Of a DNA stretch of 64,000 nucleotides, positions 62,714 to 64,000 are shown one piece after another. Within the stretch, counting starts at the first letter, position 1. Every line of letters starts with the position of its first letter. The position numbers and the translations under genes are program-made. Where the stretch lies: NCBI RefSeq assembly GCF_050920415.1, contig NZ_CP169309.1, one strand, 5' to 3'. The DNA is from Escherichia coli. Its GTDB lineage: Bacteria > Pseudomonadota > Gammaproteobacteria > Enterobacterales > Enterobacteriaceae. The notes beneath the pieces are model-generated. The model saw only the letters and a list, made by a program, of their open reading frames with translations. It made no database searches and was not told the origin of the DNA.

Positions 62714-64000
62714 ATGGCCTTATTACAAATTAGTGAACCTGGTTTGAGTGCTGCGCCGCATCAGCGTCGTCTGGCGGCCGGTATTGACCTGGGCACAACC
62801 AACTCGCTGGTGGCGACAGTACGCAGCGGTCAGGCCGAAACGTTAGCCGACCATGAAGGCCGTCACCTGCTGCCCTCTGTTGTTCACTATCAACAGCAGG
62901 GGCATTCGGTGGGTTATGACGCGCGCACTAACGCAGCGCTTGACACCGCCAACACCATTAGTTCTGTTAAACGCCTGATGGGGCGCTCGCTGGCTGATAT
63001 CCAGCAACGCTACCCGCATTTGCCTTATCAATTCCAGGCCAGCGAAAACGGCTTGCCGATGATTGAAACAGCAGCGGGATTGCTGAATCCGGTGCGCGTT
63101 TCTGCGGACATCCTCAAAGCACTGGCGGCGCGGGCAACTGAAGCCCTGGCAGGCGACTTGGATGGTGTCGTTATCACCGTTCCGGCGTACTTTGACGATG
63201 CCCAGCGTCAGGGCACCAAAGACGCGGCGCGTCTGGCGGGGCTACATGTTCTGCGCTTGCTTAACGAACCGACCGCTGCGGCTATCGCCTACGGACTGGA
63301 CTCCGGTCAGGAAGGCGTGATCGCTGTTTATGACCTCGGTGGCGGGACGTTTGATATTTCCATTCTGCGCTTAAGTCGCGGCGTGTTCGAAGTGCTGGCG
63401 ACCGGCGGTGATTCCGCGCTCGGCGGTGATGACTTTGACCATCTGTTAGCAGATTACATTCGCGAACAGGCGGGCATTCCTGACCGTAGCGATAACCGCG
63501 TTCAGCGTGAACTGCTGGATGCCGCCATTGCGGCCAAAATCGCGCTGAGCGATGCGGACTCTGTGACCGTGAATGTTGCGGGCTGGCAGGGTGAAATCAG
63601 CCGTGAACAATTCAACGAACTGATCGCGCCATTGGTAAAACGAACCTTACTGGCTTGTCGTCGTGCGCTGAAAGACGCGGGCGTAGAAGCTGATGAAGTG
63701 CTGGAAGTGGTTATGGTTGGTGGTTCTACCCGCGTGCCGCTGGTGCGTGAACGGGTGGGTGAATTTTTCGGTCGTCCACCGCTGACTTCCATCGACCCGG
63801 ATAAAGTCGTCGCTATTGGCGCGGCGATTCAGGCGGATATTCTGGTGGGTAACAAGCCGGACAGCGAAATGCTGTTGCTTGATGTGATCCCGCTGTCGCT
63901 GGGCCTGGAAACTATGGGCGGCCTGGTGGAGAAAGTGATCCCGCGTAACACCACAATTCCGGTGGCGCGCGCCCAGGATTTCACCACCTTTAAAGATGGT
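62714..64000 (+). CDS. hscA: Hsp70-type chaperone HscA, N-terminal ~429 codons; 3' end beyond window
   Basis: ATG at 62714, translation [34 protein letters not shown]... (Hsp70 ATPase domain); runs off window end. Confidence 0.9.
   Translation, partial: MALLQISEPGLSAAPHQRRLAAGIDLGTTNSLVATVRSGQAETLADHEGRHLLPSVVHYQQQGHSVGYDARTNAALDTANTISSVKRLMGRSLADIQQRYPHLPYQFQASENGLPMIETAAGLLNPVRVSADILKALAARATEALAGDLDGVVITVPAYFDDAQRQGTKDAARLAGLHVLRLLNEPTAAAIAYGLDSGQEGVIAVYDLGGGTFDISILRLSRGVFEVLATGGDSALGGDDFDHLLADYIREQAGIPDRSDNRVQRELLDAAIAAKIALSDADSVTVNVAGWQGEISREQFNELIAPLVKRTLLACRRALKDAGVEADEVLEVVMVGGSTRVPLVRERVGEFFGRPPLTSIDPDKVVAIGAAIQADILVGNKPDSEMLLLDVIPLSLGLETMGGLVEKVIPRNTTIPVARAQDFTTFKDG

Overview
This window is ordinary Escherichia coli core chromosome, colinear with the K-12 region at about 58 min (reverse-complement orientation); I found no novel or undescribed system. 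Gene order: patZ (partial) - yfiP - trxC - yfiF - ung - grcA - eamB - yfiE - srmB - yfiC - nadB - rpoE - rseABC - lepA - lepB - rnc - era - recO - pdxJ - acpS - [ohsC/shoB] - yfhL - murR - pgpC - tadA - mltF - purL - [glmY] - glrK - qseG - glrR - glnB - hmp - glyA - yphHGFEDCBA - hcaDBCFE / hcaR - hcaT - csiE - yfhR - suhB - trmJ - iscRSUA - hscB - hscA (partial). There are about 70 protein genes, two small RNA genes, REP/BIME repeats and one ERIC-type repeat. I saw no transposase, integrase, prophage, CRISPR array, tRNA or rRNA gene. The points worth a second look are: (1) mltF is split into two ORFs by an apparent 1-bp deletion; (2) the shoB/ohsC type I toxin-antitoxin locus, with a 20-nt direct repeat that explains the antisense pairing; (3) an ERIC-like palindromic element inside the iscR-iscS spacer; (4) the uncharacterised yph sugar-utilisation cluster with the 1093-aa YphG; (5) a few deduced residues that differ from the K-12 proteins as I recall them, suggesting a non-reference strain. 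Gene identities rest on the supplied ORF translations and my memory of the E. coli proteins; CDS ends come from the ORF track, starts are inferred from homolog length, and motif coordinates are approximate (within a few nt). Nothing was searched against a database.
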